A DNA stretch of 64,000 bases from Clostridia bacterium (GCA_045594045.1 JAZNXV010000024.1:18172-82171); one strand, 5' to 3'. Counted from the stretch's first letter, positions 9,125-18,855 are shown. Notes: a model not told the origin generated them from the letters alone. Translations and numbers: made by a program.

Positions 9125-11578
9125 ATGAAACTTGCGTTTTCAACTAAAAATGTTCAAGCGACTTCTTTTGTAGATTTGTGTAATAAAACTGCTGAGTACG
9201 AGTTTTCGGGCTTTGAAATTTTTGATGCGGAAAGTGAAAAAACTCTGCATAACGATAGCATTTTTCACTCCGGCGAATTAAGTGGCGCTAAACGAAAGCT
9301 TGTTAACAGGCATATTGAAATCAGCGCTTTAACTTGTCCAACCCCCATTAAAAGTGGCTTTGATGGCGAAATAATAAAAAATTACGTTTCTATGGCGGCA
9401 ACTGCGGCAATTCCTGCGGTGGTTGTAAGCTTTGAAGAAATCTGCGACTTTGAAGAGCTTAAAGCTATTTTTGCCCCTGCTATTACTTTGGCAGAGCAGT
9501 TTGAGGTTTCTATTTTGCTTGAAACTGCAGGTCCTTTGGCTGATACAAAAAAGGTGCTCGAAGTTATTAGTGTTTTCGGCACTGCCACAATAGGCGTTGC
9601 GTGGAATATACGCGAAACTTTTTTCACAGCAAAAGAAACTGCCGATAACACCATTCAAACTCTTGGTGCGTATATTGAATACGTGCGTATTGGCGATAAA
9701 AAAGATGATAAAAACGTGATTTTGGGCGAAGGCGAATTGCCTGTAACTGATTTTATGAACGCTTTAAAATCACTTAATTATGACGGTTTTGTATGCGTTG
9801 ATTGGAATGACGAGATTACTAACCCCGATATTGTTTTAACACATTTTGTAAGCTTTATGGCTAATAACTCAATTAATGATGTTAAACAAAAGGAAGTTTA
9901 TTATAACCGTGCAAAAACAGGAACTTTCCCTTGGAAGAAATATGACGTTCTTGATATTACCTTTTCGCAGGTTCTTGACGAAATGGTTGAAAGATATCCT
10001 GACCAGTACGCCTTTAAATACACTACTCTTGACTATACAAGAACTTATTCTGAATTCAGAGATGACGTTGATAAAATTGCCGCGGCTCTTATTTCAGTAG
10101 GTGTTAAGCCCGGGCATCACGTTGCAATTTGGGCAACAAATATTCCACAGTGGTTTTTAACTTTCTGGGCAACGGTTAAAATAGGTGCAGTTTTAGTTAC
10201 TGTTAATACTGCCTACAAAATTCACGAGGCTGAATATTTGCTTCGTCAATCAGACACTCATACTCTTGTTATGATTGACTCTTGTAAAGATTCAAACTAC
10301 AAGGAAATCATTGAAGAACTTTGCCCTGAACTTAGTTCCTTGGAAGCGGGTAAACCGTTATATTCAAAGAAATTACCTTTCTTGCGTAACGTAATTACCG
10401 TAGGCTTTAAGATGAACGGTTGTCTTGAGTGGGATGAGTTTAGCCAGCGTGCAAGGCTTGTGCCTTACGAAGAAGTACGCCGCAGAGCTTCAAAGGTTAA
10501 GACAAATGACGTTTGCAATATGCAATATACGTCAGGCACAACGGGCTTCCCTAAAGGCGTTATGCTTACCCACAACAACATTATAAATAACGGCAAAATT
10601 ATAGGCGATAGAATGGACATTTCTACTGCCGACAGAATGATGATACAAGTGCCCATGTTCCATTGTTTCGGTATGGTGCTTTCTATGACGAATCTTATGA
10701 CACACGGTGGTACGATTTGTCCTATGCCGTATTTTTCACCAAAGTCTTCTTTGGCTTGCATAAACGACGAAAAAATTACTTGCTTTAACGGCGTTCCTAC
10801 AATGTTTATTGCGATGTTTAATCACGCTGATTTTGCAAAAACCGATTTTTCATATATGCGAACAGGTATTATGGCAGGCGCTAACTGTCCTCCCGACCTT
10901 ATGCGCAGAGCCGCAAAAGAAATGAATATGTCGGAAATTATAAGCGTTTACGGTCAAACGGAAGCTTCTCCCGGCTGCACAATGGGTGAGGTTAATGAGG
11001 ACTTGGACCATAGAGTTGAAACCGTTGGAAGCGCTTTCCCCGGCGTTGAATGTAAAATTATTGATCCCGAAACAGGCGAAGAACTCCCTGACGGCGAAAA
11101 CGGTGAGTTTGTTGCAAGGGGCTATAATATTATGAAGGGCTACTATAAAATGCCCAAGGCTACTGAACAAACTATTGATAAAGACGGTTGGCTTCACAGC
11201 GGTGACATCTGCTGCAGAACTTCCGACGGATATTATAAGGTTACAGGCCGCTTGAAAGATATGATTATTCGCGGTGGTGAAAACCTTTATCCAAGAGAAA
11301 TTGAGGAATTCTATCTTACTCATTCAAAGGTTAAAGACGTTCAGGTAGTAGGTGTGCCCGATGCCCGTTACGGTGAAGAAGCTTGCGCTTGGATTGTGCT
11401 TAAAAAAGGCGAAGAAGCTTTAGAAGCTGATATGCGCGCCTATGGTGAAGAACACATGGCAAAACACAAGGTTCCAAGGTATTTTATCTTTGTAAAAGAT
11501 TTTCCAATGAATGCTGCGGGAAAAATTTTAAAATACAAAATGCGTGAGGATTCTATTAAGCAATTAGGGTTAGACTAA
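9125..11578 (+). CDS. Xylose-isomerase-like TIM barrel fused to AMP-forming acyl-CoA synthetase (YngI-like)
   Basis: ATG 9125 after GAGGA; N-terminal AP_endonuc_2-like barrel (MKLAFST..., LGEGELP, YDG); C-terminal YTSGTTGFPKG, YGQTE, SGD, GRLKDMIIRGGEN, PMNAAGKILK. Confidence 0.9.
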   Translation: MKLAFSTKNVQATSFVDLCNKTAEYEFSGFEIFDAESEKTLHNDSIFHSGELSGAKRKLVNRHIEISALTCPTPIKSGFDGEIIKNYVSMAATAAIPAVVVSFEEICDFEELKAIFAPAITLAEQFEVSILLETAGPLADTKKVLEVISVFGTATIGVAWNIRETFFTAKETADNTIQTLGAYIEYVRIGDKKDDKNVILGEGELPVTDFMNALKSLNYDGFVCVDWNDEITNPDIVLTHFVSFMANNSINDVKQKEVYYNRAKTGTFPWKKYDVLDITFSQVLDEMVERYPDQYAFKYTTLDYTRTYSEFRDDVDKIAAALISVGVKPGHHVAIWATNIPQWFLTFWATVKIGAVLVTVNTAYKIHEAEYLLRQSDTHTLVMIDSCKDSNYKEIIEELCPELSSLEAGKPLYSKKLPFLRNVITVGFKMNGCLEWDEFSQRARLVPYEEVRRRASKVKTNDVCNMQYTSGTTGFPKGVMLTHNNIINNGKIIGDRMDISTADRMMIQVPMFHCFGMVLSMTNLMTHGGTICPMPYFSPKSSLACINDEKITCFNGVPTMFIAMFNHADFAKTDFSYMRTGIMAGANCPPDLMRRAAKEMNMSEIISVYGQTEASPGCTMGEVNEDLDHRVETVGSAFPGVECKIIDPETGEELPDGENGEFVARGYNIMKGYYKMPKATEQTIDKDGWLHSGDICCRTSDGYYKVTGRLKDMIIRGGENLYPREIEEFYLTHSKVKDVQVVGVPDARYGEEACAWIVLKKGEEALEADMRAYGEEHMAKHKVPRYFIFVKDFPMNAAGKILKYKMREDSIKQLGLD

Positions 11579-11615
11579 AACACGCTATTTTAGGCAGTTT
11601 AATTGTAAAAAATAG

Positions 11616-11644
11616 TTGACAACCATATTATATTGTGCTATTAT
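11616..11644 (+). promoter_or_regulatory. Sigma-A promoter of Ile T-box unit
   Basis: TTGACA, 17 nt spacer, TG-n-TATTAT. Confidence 0.8.
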
Positions 11645-11662
11645 TAGCACATAATTTATAAA

Positions 11663-11933
11663 AGCTATGACGAAGACGGATTCGGTTGGCGCTTTATAGA
11701 GAGTCGGGGATGGTGGAAGCCCGATAAGTAAGTACTGAAAAATCCCATCACTTCTGAGCTGAAGGTCCGAAAGTTTTTGAACAAGTAGATGCCTTCCGTG
11801 ATTGCTGCGTAAAGGCAAAGGGCTTGTGTGAGCCTGAAGTGGCACAATGAATTTTGTGCAATTTGAGTGGTACCGCGGGAATTGTTTTTTCAAGACTCGT
11901 CTCAAAGTTTTTGAGACGAGTCTTTATTTTTTT
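11663..11933 (+). promoter_or_regulatory. T-box riboswitch, Ile specifier (AUC)
   Basis: GCTATGACGAAG / CTTCTGAGC GA motif, AGAGAG, GGTGGAA, specifier ATC at 11747-11749, T-box GAGTGGTACCGCGG (TGGTACC 11868-11874), terminator AAGACTCGTCTCAAA..TTTGAGACGAGTCTT + T run. Confidence 0.92.
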
Positions 11934-11947
11934 AAGGAGTGAGTAAA

Positions 11948-14215
11948 ATGAAAACTAACACCACATTGACACGTTTAATGGAAATCGCATCACGTATTAA
12001 GGAAATGCGCGAGATTATGGGATTTTCTGTTGAAGAAACAGCGCAAAAAACAGAAGTTTCTGTTGAAGAATATATTGCGTTTGAAAACGGTGAAAAAGAT
12101 ATTCCTTTTACTTTTATTCACAAGTGTGCTCTTTTGTTTGACGTGGAGCTTACAGAACTTTTGGAAGGTAAAGGTGCAAGACTTTCAAGTTATACTGTTA
12201 CCCGCAAAGGTCAGGGTCAGGATACTGCCAAAGAAAAGGGTATTGACATTAAAAACCTTGCTCCTAAATTCAGAGATAAAATTGCCGAGCCTTATTGGGT
12301 TAGATATGAATATTCTCCTGCACAGCAAAATATGCCCATTCACTTAACAAAGCATAGCGGACAGGAATTTGACCTTGTTTTAAGCGGTAAGTTAAAGGTG
12401 CAGATAGGCGACCATATTGAAATTTTAAACGAGGGTGACAGCATTTATTACGATAGTTCAACACCCCACGGTATGATAGCTGTTGACGGTGCCGATTGCG
12501 TTTTCTGTGCAGTTGTTCTTCCCGGAGAAGATACAAAGGAAGAAACTGTAAGAGAAAGCATCGTGTCTGCACAGTCTTCCCAAAAGCTCATTTGCGAAAA
12601 GTTTATTGAGTGTACTGAAGACGAAAACGGTGCATTAACCGATATTAAGTTTAAAAATATCGAAAAATTCAATTTCGGTTTTGATATTGTTGATGAAATA
12701 GCCAAGGCTTATCCTGATAAAACTGCTATGGTTTACGTTGATAAAAACCATAATGAGCGTAAATTTTCGTTTAAGGATATTAAAAAGGCTTCTAACCAAT
12801 GCGCTAACTATTTTACTTCCCTTGGAATTAAAAAGGGCGATAAGGTTATGCTTGTTTTAAAACGCCACTATCAATTCTGGTTTTCAATGATTGCCCTGCA
12901 CAAAATAGGTGCTGTGGCAATTCCCGCAACTAATCAGTTAAAGGAACACGATTTTGAATATCGTTTTAACGCCGCAGGGGTTAAGGCTATTGTTTGTACA
13001 AGCGACGGAGATACAACGCAAATTGTAGAAAACGCCGCACAAAATTGTCCTTGCCTTGAACATAAAATTATCGTGGGTAATCCGCGAGAAAATTGGCACG
13101 ATTTTAATAGCGAGTTTGCCCGTTTTTCAAGCAAATTCGAGCGTACTGACGATACCCCGGGCGGTGACGATGCAGCCCTTATGTTCTTTACGTCAGGTAC
13201 AACCGGCAATCCCAAAATGGCATGTCACAGGCACACTTACGGCTTAGGTCATTTTGTAACGGCTAAATACTGGCATTGTTGCGAACGCGATGGCTTGCAT
13301 TTTACAATTTCCGATACGGGTTGGGGTAAATCTCTTTGGGGCAAGCTTTACGGGCAGTGGCTTTGCGAAGGCGCTGTGTTTGTATATGACTTTGACCGCT
13401 TTGATGCCCACGACATTCTTCCTATGTTTAAAAAGTACGGTATAACAACGTTCTGCGCACCGCCTACTATGCTCCGTATGTTTATTAAAGAAGATTTGTC
13501 AAAATATGATTTCTCTTCGCTTCATTACATAACAACAGCGGGTGAAGCATTGAACCCTGAAGTTTATAAACAATTTAAGGCCGCTACGGGTCTTGAAATT
13601 ATGGAAGGCTTCGGTCAGACGGAAACTACTCTTACTATTTGTAATTTAAGGGGAACAAAGCCCAAAATCGGTTCAATGGGTCTTGCTTCGCCACAGTTTG
13701 ACGTGGATATAGTTGACCCTGACGGAAATAGCGTTCCAAGCGGCGAAACAGGTGAAATTGTAATCAGAACCGATAAAACAGTTCCTTGCGGATTGTTTAA
13801 GGAATATTACAACAACAAAGAACTTACGGACGAAGCCTGGCACGACGGAATGTATCACACAGGTGATACTGCCTGGCGCGACGAGGACGGCTACTTCTGG
13901 TACGTAAGCCGTATTGATGACGTTATCAAATCCTCTGGTTATCGTATAGGCCCCTTTGAAATCGAAAGTGTAATTATGGAACTTCCTTACGTGCTTGAAT
14001 GCGGCGTTTCTGCGGCACCTGATGAGATTCGAGGTCAGGTTGTCAAGGCAAGCATTGTTTTAACCAAGGGAACAGAGGGCACAGAGGAACTTAAAAAGGA
14101 AATTCAAGAGTACGTTAAGTCCCACACTGCACCGTATAAATACCCGAGAATTATTGTATTTTGCGATGAGCTGCCTAAAACTATCAGCGGAAAGATTCAA
14201 CGCAATAAACTTTAA
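11948..14215 (+). CDS. XRE HTH + cupin + medium/branched-chain acyl-CoA synthetase fusion (paralog 1)
   Basis: ATG 11948 after AAGGAG; N-terminal HTH (IKEMREIMGFSVEETA), cupin (HSGQEF..YYDSSTPHGM), ligase motifs FTSGTTGNPK, GFGQTET, YHTGD, PKTISGKIQR. Confidence 0.92.
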   Translation: MKTNTTLTRLMEIASRIKEMREIMGFSVEETAQKTEVSVEEYIAFENGEKDIPFTFIHKCALLFDVELTELLEGKGARLSSYTVTRKGQGQDTAKEKGIDIKNLAPKFRDKIAEPYWVRYEYSPAQQNMPIHLTKHSGQEFDLVLSGKLKVQIGDHIEILNEGDSIYYDSSTPHGMIAVDGADCVFCAVVLPGEDTKEETVRESIVSAQSSQKLICEKFIECTEDENGALTDIKFKNIEKFNFGFDIVDEIAKAYPDKTAMVYVDKNHNERKFSFKDIKKASNQCANYFTSLGIKKGDKVMLVLKRHYQFWFSMIALHKIGAVAIPATNQLKEHDFEYRFNAAGVKAIVCTSDGDTTQIVENAAQNCPCLEHKIIVGNPRENWHDFNSEFARFSSKFERTDDTPGGDDAALMFFTSGTTGNPKMACHRHTYGLGHFVTAKYWHCCERDGLHFTISDTGWGKSLWGKLYGQWLCEGAVFVYDFDRFDAHDILPMFKKYGITTFCAPPTMLRMFIKEDLSKYDFSSLHYITTAGEALNPEVYKQFKAATGLEIMEGFGQTETTLTICNLRGTKPKIGSMGLASPQFDVDIVDPDGNSVPSGETGEIVIRTDKTVPCGLFKEYYNNKELTDEAWHDGMYHTGDTAWRDEDGYFWYVSRIDDVIKSSGYRIGPFEIESVIMELPYVLECGVSAAPDEIRGQVVKASIVLTKGTEGTEELKKEIQEYVKSHTAPYKYPRIIVFCDELPKTISGKIQRNKL

Positions 14216-14223
14216 AAAACTGA

Positions 14224-14253
14224 TTGACAGTTTTAGCTAAGATATGATATAAT
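14224..14253 (+). promoter_or_regulatory. Sigma-A promoter of Val T-box unit
   Basis: TTGACA, 18 nt spacer, TG-n-TATAAT. Confidence 0.8.
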
Positions 14254-14268
14254 TTTTTTAATTTAAAA

Positions 14269-14540
14269 GGCATTGACGAAGAGGGCTTCTGGCTTTTCGG
14301 CAAAGAGAAACGGCGGGTGGTGCGAGCCGTTGCGAAAGTCAGTCTGCTTGTAGCTTCTGAGCCGAAAGGAAGAAAGAGCTTTTTGCTTAAGTAGAACCTT
14401 TCCGTGATTGCTGCGTAAACGCATAAGGCTTGTTCGAGTCTGAGGGGCGTGGCTTATTGCTACGCAATTTGAGTGGTACCGCGGGTAATTTAGCTCGTCT
14501 CAAAGTTATCATATCTTTGAGGCGGGCTTTTGTTATTTTT
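14269..14540 (+). promoter_or_regulatory. T-box riboswitch, Val specifier (GUA)
   Basis: GGCATTGACGAAG / CTTCTGAGCC GA motif, AGAGA, GGTGCGA, specifier GTA at 14350-14352, T-box GAGTGGTACCGCGG (TGGTACC 14474-14480), terminator AGCTCGTCTCAAAG..CTTTGAGGCGGGCT + T run. Confidence 0.92.
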
Positions 14541-14567
14541 TCCGTCTCAACCGTGGAGGAGTTTTTT

Positions 14568-16862
14568 ATGAAAACAGCAACCGGACTTGAATTCAAGATT
14601 CGGGAGATGGCCCAAAGAATTAAAACCTTGCGTGAAATTATTGGACTTTCTCAACAAGAAATGGCAACTAAAACCGGTGTTTCATTAGAAGAGTATTCTT
14701 CTTGTGAAGCGGGGGAAAGTGACTTGAACTTTGCGTTTTTGTATAAATGCGCAATAGCACTTAACGTTGACGTTACTGATATTATCGAAGGCACAAGCCC
14801 TCGTCTTGCAGGCTACACCGTTACCCGTGCCGGCGAAGGTCAGGAAATTCAAAAGGCGCACGGAATGACCTACTATAACCTTGCACCTACCTTTAAAAAC
14901 CGTATTGCAGAGCCTTTGTACGTTGTTTTTCACTATGATGAAAATGCACAGAACAAGGAAATTGAGCTTACTACTCACGAGGGTCAGGAATGTGATATCG
15001 TTGTAAAGGGTGCTCTTAAGGTTCAGGTGGGTGACCACGTTGAAATTTTGCACGAGGGCGACAGCATTTATTACGACAGCTCTATGCCTCACGGTATGAT
15101 TGCCGTTGAAAACAGCGATTGTATTTTCTATGCGTTTGTGCTTAATTCAAATGATAATGCGGCAAAGCTCGTTCACGGCGGTGCTCGTGACGTGATTTTT
15201 GCACCAAGCAAAAAGCAGGAAAAGCAACAAAAACGCATTTGGGAAGATTATATTATTCCCGTTGAAGACGAAAACGGTGTTTTAAAGTCTATTTCCTTCA
15301 AAAATGAAGAAACCTTTAACTTTGCCTTTGACGTTATTGATAAATTAGGTCGGGAGTACCCCGAAAAGACTGCAATAATGCATATTGCTGAAGATAAAAC
15401 AGAAAAGAGAATCACTTTTGGTGAGCTTAAACGTGCATCTTCTCAAACAGCAAACTACTTTAAGTCTTTAGGAATTAAAAAAGGCGATAAGGTAATGCTT
15501 ATTTTAAAGCGTCATTATCAGTTCTGGTACGCTATACTTGCACTTCATAAAATCGGCGCTATTGCAATTCCCGCAACTAATCAGTTAAAGGAACACGATA
15601 TTACGTATCGATTCAACAAGGCAGGCGTAAAAATGGTTGTTTGTACAAGCGACGGAATTGTTGCTGATGAGGTTGATAAGGCGGCAGAATTAAGTCCTAT
15701 CCTTGAAACAAAAATCATTGTAGGTAAAAGCCGTGAAGGCTGGCGCAATTTTGATGAAGAATATAGTCTTTATACAGGAAAAATGTATAAAGATGAAAAT
15801 ACTGCTTGTGGCAGCGACCCAATGCTTATGTACTTTACGTCAGGTACAACGGGCAACCCCAAATTAGCAGTGCATAATTACAAATATCCTCTCGGTCATT
15901 TTGTAACGGCTAAATATTGGCATTGTGTAAATCCCGACGGATTGCACTTAACCGTTGCTGATACAGGTTGGGCGAAGGCGGCATGGGGTAAGCTTTACGG
16001 TCAATGGCTCTGTGAAGCAGGTATTTTCGTTTATGATTTTGACCGCTTTGATGCAAATGACATTTTGCCCATGTTTAAAAAATACGGCATCACAACCTTC
16101 TGTGCTCCGCCTACAATTTTAAGAATGATGGTAAAGCAGGATATTTCAAAATTTGATTTATCTACCATTGAACATATGACTACCGCAGGCGAAGCCTTAA
16201 ACCCCGAGGTTTTCAGGCAATTTGAGCTTGCAACGGGCCTGCAGATAATGGAAGGCTTTGGACAGACAGAAACTACTGTTGCAGTTGCTAATCTGGCAGG
16301 TACAAAGTCAAGGCTTGGCTCAATGGGTAAGCCCGTACCGCTTTACGATATTCAGCTCGTTGATTCAAACGGCGAACCCGTAGCTGTAGGTGAGGTTGGC
16401 GAAATTGTTATTAACGTTTCCGAAAAAACACCTTGCGGCTTATTCAACGGCTATTATACTGATGAAGAAAAAACTGCTGAATGTTGGCACGATGGCTTCT
16501 ATCACACAGGCGATACTGCTTGGCGCGATGAGGACGGCTATTTCTGGTACGTAGGCAGAGTGGATGACGTTATTAAGTCTTCAGGTTACCGTATCGGTCC
16601 TTTTGAAATTGAAAACGTTATTATGGAGCTTCCTTATGTGCTTGAGTGCGGCGTTTCTGCTGAACCTGATGAAGTTCGCGGTCAGGTAGTTAAAGCAAGT
16701 ATTGTGCTTGTTAAAGGAACAGAAGCTACTGACGAGCTTAAGAAAGAAATTCAAGAGTACGTTAAACAACGTACCGCACCTTACAAATATCCCCGTGTAG
16801 TAGTTTTCAGGGACGAGCTTCCTAAAACTACCAGCGGAAAAATTCAAAGAAATAAATTATAA
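14568..16862 (+). CDS. XRE HTH + cupin + medium/branched-chain acyl-CoA synthetase fusion (paralog 2)
   Basis: ATG 14568 after GGAGGAG; same architecture as 11948-14215 (IKTLREIIGLSQQEMA, HEGQEC..YYDSSMPHGM, FTSGTTGNPK, PKTTSGKIQR). Confidence 0.92.
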   Translation: MKTATGLEFKIREMAQRIKTLREIIGLSQQEMATKTGVSLEEYSSCEAGESDLNFAFLYKCAIALNVDVTDIIEGTSPRLAGYTVTRAGEGQEIQKAHGMTYYNLAPTFKNRIAEPLYVVFHYDENAQNKEIELTTHEGQECDIVVKGALKVQVGDHVEILHEGDSIYYDSSMPHGMIAVENSDCIFYAFVLNSNDNAAKLVHGGARDVIFAPSKKQEKQQKRIWEDYIIPVEDENGVLKSISFKNEETFNFAFDVIDKLGREYPEKTAIMHIAEDKTEKRITFGELKRASSQTANYFKSLGIKKGDKVMLILKRHYQFWYAILALHKIGAIAIPATNQLKEHDITYRFNKAGVKMVVCTSDGIVADEVDKAAELSPILETKIIVGKSREGWRNFDEEYSLYTGKMYKDENTACGSDPMLMYFTSGTTGNPKLAVHNYKYPLGHFVTAKYWHCVNPDGLHLTVADTGWAKAAWGKLYGQWLCEAGIFVYDFDRFDANDILPMFKKYGITTFCAPPTILRMMVKQDISKFDLSTIEHMTTAGEALNPEVFRQFELATGLQIMEGFGQTETTVAVANLAGTKSRLGSMGKPVPLYDIQLVDSNGEPVAVGEVGEIVINVSEKTPCGLFNGYYTDEEKTAECWHDGFYHTGDTAWRDEDGYFWYVGRVDDVIKSSGYRIGPFEIENVIMELPYVLECGVSAEPDEVRGQVVKASIVLVKGTEATDELKKEIQEYVKQRTAPYKYPRVVVFRDELPKTTSGKIQRNKL

Positions 16863-16877
16863 TAGGAGAGTATTAAA

Positions 16878-17957
16878 ATGAAGTATGAAATTTCAGTAAC
16901 AAAAACAACAACTCCTAAGGCTCATCCCGCCGATGAATCAAAGCTTGGCTTTGGTAAAGTTTTCACCGACCATATGTTCCTTATGGACTATTCAGATGAA
17001 AAAGGCTGGTATGATGCAAGAATCGTTCCTTTTGGTCCTATTGCAATTCATCCTGCATCTACAGTACTTCACTATGGCGCAGAAATCTTTGAAGGTATGA
17101 AGGCATATCGCACAGAAAATGGCGAAATTGCACTTTTTAGACCTATGGAAAACATTAAGCGTCTTAATAATTCTGCAGAGCGTCTTTGCTTGCCCGCTCT
17201 TGACGAGGAAGGCTGTCTTGAAATTTTAAAAACTCTTGTTGAGCTTGAAAAGGATTGGGTTCCGTCTTCTGAGGGCACGTCGCTTTATCTCAGACCTTTC
17301 TTGTTCGGTAACGACCCCCATTTAGGTGTTCACGCCGTTCATAATGCAACCTTTGCAGTAATTTGTTCGCCTGTAGGCGCTTATTATGCCGAAGGCATTA
17401 ACCCTGTTAAAATTGCTATTGAAAACGTTGACGTTCGTGCGGTTCGCGGTGGCACAGGTTATGCTAAGTGCGGCGGTAACTATGCGGCAAGCCTTCGTGC
17501 AGGTCAAAGAGCAGAAGAAAGAGGCTACACTCAAGTGCTTTGGCTTGACGGTGTTGACAGAAAGTATATTGAAGAAGTTGGTAGTATGAACGTTATGTTC
17601 AAGGTGAACGGCAAAATCATCACTCCCGCTCTTACCGGCTCAGTTTTACCCGGTATTACAAGAAAATCTTGTATCGAGCTTTTAAAAGAGTGGGGATACG
17701 AGGTTGAAGAACGCTTATTCAGCGTTGACGAGCTTTTTGAAGCTGCCGAAAACGGTACTCTTGAAGAAGCATGGGGAACAGGTACTGCTGCTGTTGTTTC
17801 ACCTATTGGTCATCTTTTCTATGACGGTAAGGAATATACCGTTTCTGATAACAAAATCGGCGCTCTTACCCAAAAGCTTTACGACAATCTTACGGGTATT
17901 CAATGGGGCAAAATTGAAGACAAGCATAATTGGCTTGTAAAGGTTTGCAATGGCTGA
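16878..17957 (+). CDS. ilvE: Branched-chain amino acid aminotransferase
   Basis: LGFGKVFTDHM, LHYGAEIFEGMKAY, YLRP, AKCGGNYAASL, IEEVGSMN, LPGITR, GTAAVVSP. Confidence 0.96.
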   Translation: MKYEISVTKTTTPKAHPADESKLGFGKVFTDHMFLMDYSDEKGWYDARIVPFGPIAIHPASTVLHYGAEIFEGMKAYRTENGEIALFRPMENIKRLNNSAERLCLPALDEEGCLEILKTLVELEKDWVPSSEGTSLYLRPFLFGNDPHLGVHAVHNATFAVICSPVGAYYAEGINPVKIAIENVDVRAVRGGTGYAKCGGNYAASLRAGQRAEERGYTQVLWLDGVDRKYIEEVGSMNVMFKVNGKIITPALTGSVLPGITRKSCIELLKEWGYEVEERLFSVDELFEAAENGTLEEAWGTGTAAVVSPIGHLFYDGKEYTVSDNKIGALTQKLYDNLTGIQWGKIEDKHNWLVKVCNG

Positions 17958-18615
17958 TTATAAACGTGTTTATATTATTGCAGGACATTACGGCAGTGGA
18001 AAAACAAACATTGCCGTAAACCTTGCACTTAAAATGAAGCAAGACGGTTTTAACGTGCGTATTGCCGATTTAGATATTGTTAACCCGTATTTCAGAACAA
18101 AGGATAGCGCCAAAGAGCTTGAAAATGCAGGGGTTGAACTTATTTCACCTGCTTTTGCCAACACAAACGTTGATTTGCCTGCACTTCCTCAAGAAATTTA
18201 CGGTGTTATTCAGCGAAAAGACGCACTTGCGGTGCTTGACGTTGGCGGTGATGACCGAGGCGCTTATGCTCTTGGCAGATACGCACCGAGCATCAAGGAA
18301 GAAAATAACTATGAAATGTGCTTTGTAGTTAATTTCTATCGTCCGCTAACACAAACAGCAGAGGAAGCATTGGAGATTATGCGGGAAATTGAACAAGCCG
18401 CTTCAATTAAGTTCACTACAATAATTAACAATTCTAATCTTGGTAACGATACCACAAGCGAAACAGTTTTAGCTTCTATAGAAAAAGCTGAGGAGCTCTC
18501 GCAAATTTCGGGATTGCCTATATTGTTCAATTCCGTAAAAGAAGGTATAAATAATGTTCCTGACAGCTTTTCTTTGAGCTTGCAGGAAAAATATTTTGAT
18601 ATAAAGGAGTCTTAA
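17950..18615 (+). CDS. Uncharacterised P-loop NTPase (MinD/CobQ-like) associated with vor genes
   Basis: Walker A GHYGSGKT, DLDIVNPYFR, LDVGGD. Confidence 0.75.
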   Translation: MADYKRVYIIAGHYGSGKTNIAVNLALKMKQDGFNVRIADLDIVNPYFRTKDSAKELENAGVELISPAFANTNVDLPALPQEIYGVIQRKDALAVLDVGGDDRGAYALGRYAPSIKEENNYEMCFVVNFYRPLTQTAEEALEIMREIEQAASIKFTTIINNSNLGNDTTSETVLASIEKAEELSQISGLPILFNSVKEGINNVPDSFSLSLQEKYFDIKES

Positions 18616-18616
18616 A

Positions 18617-18823
18617 ATGGCAAAGGTTACTTTTAATGCAGACGCTTGCAAGGGCTGCGGTCTTTGTGTAGAGGCTTGCCCTAAAAAGATTTTGATTTTA
18701 GCAAAAGATAAGCTTAACGCGAAAGGTCATTCTCCTGCAGAAATGACTGACCAAGAAAAGTGCATCGGTTGCGCTTTCTGTGCAACAATGTGCCCTGATT
18801 GCGTTATAACAGTTGAAAAATAA
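18617..18823 (+). CDS. 2x[4Fe-4S] ferredoxin, delta subunit of 2-oxoacid:ferredoxin oxidoreductase
   Basis: CKGCGLCVEACP and CIGCAFCATMCP. Confidence 0.93.
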   Translation: MAKVTFNADACKGCGLCVEACPKKILILAKDKLNAKGHSPAEMTDQEKCIGCAFCATMCPDCVITVEK

Positions 18824-18855
18824 GTTTAAGCTAATTTAGCAGATTGGAGATAAAT

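Noticed and set aside
11585-11905. Minus-strand ORFs of 106 and 60 aa
   Set aside because: Antisense to the Ile T-box leader, with no protein-like features
14387-14596. 46 aa N-terminal extension from 14430 and a minus-strand 69 aa ORF
   Set aside because: Both overlap the Val T-box; the RBS supports ATG 14568
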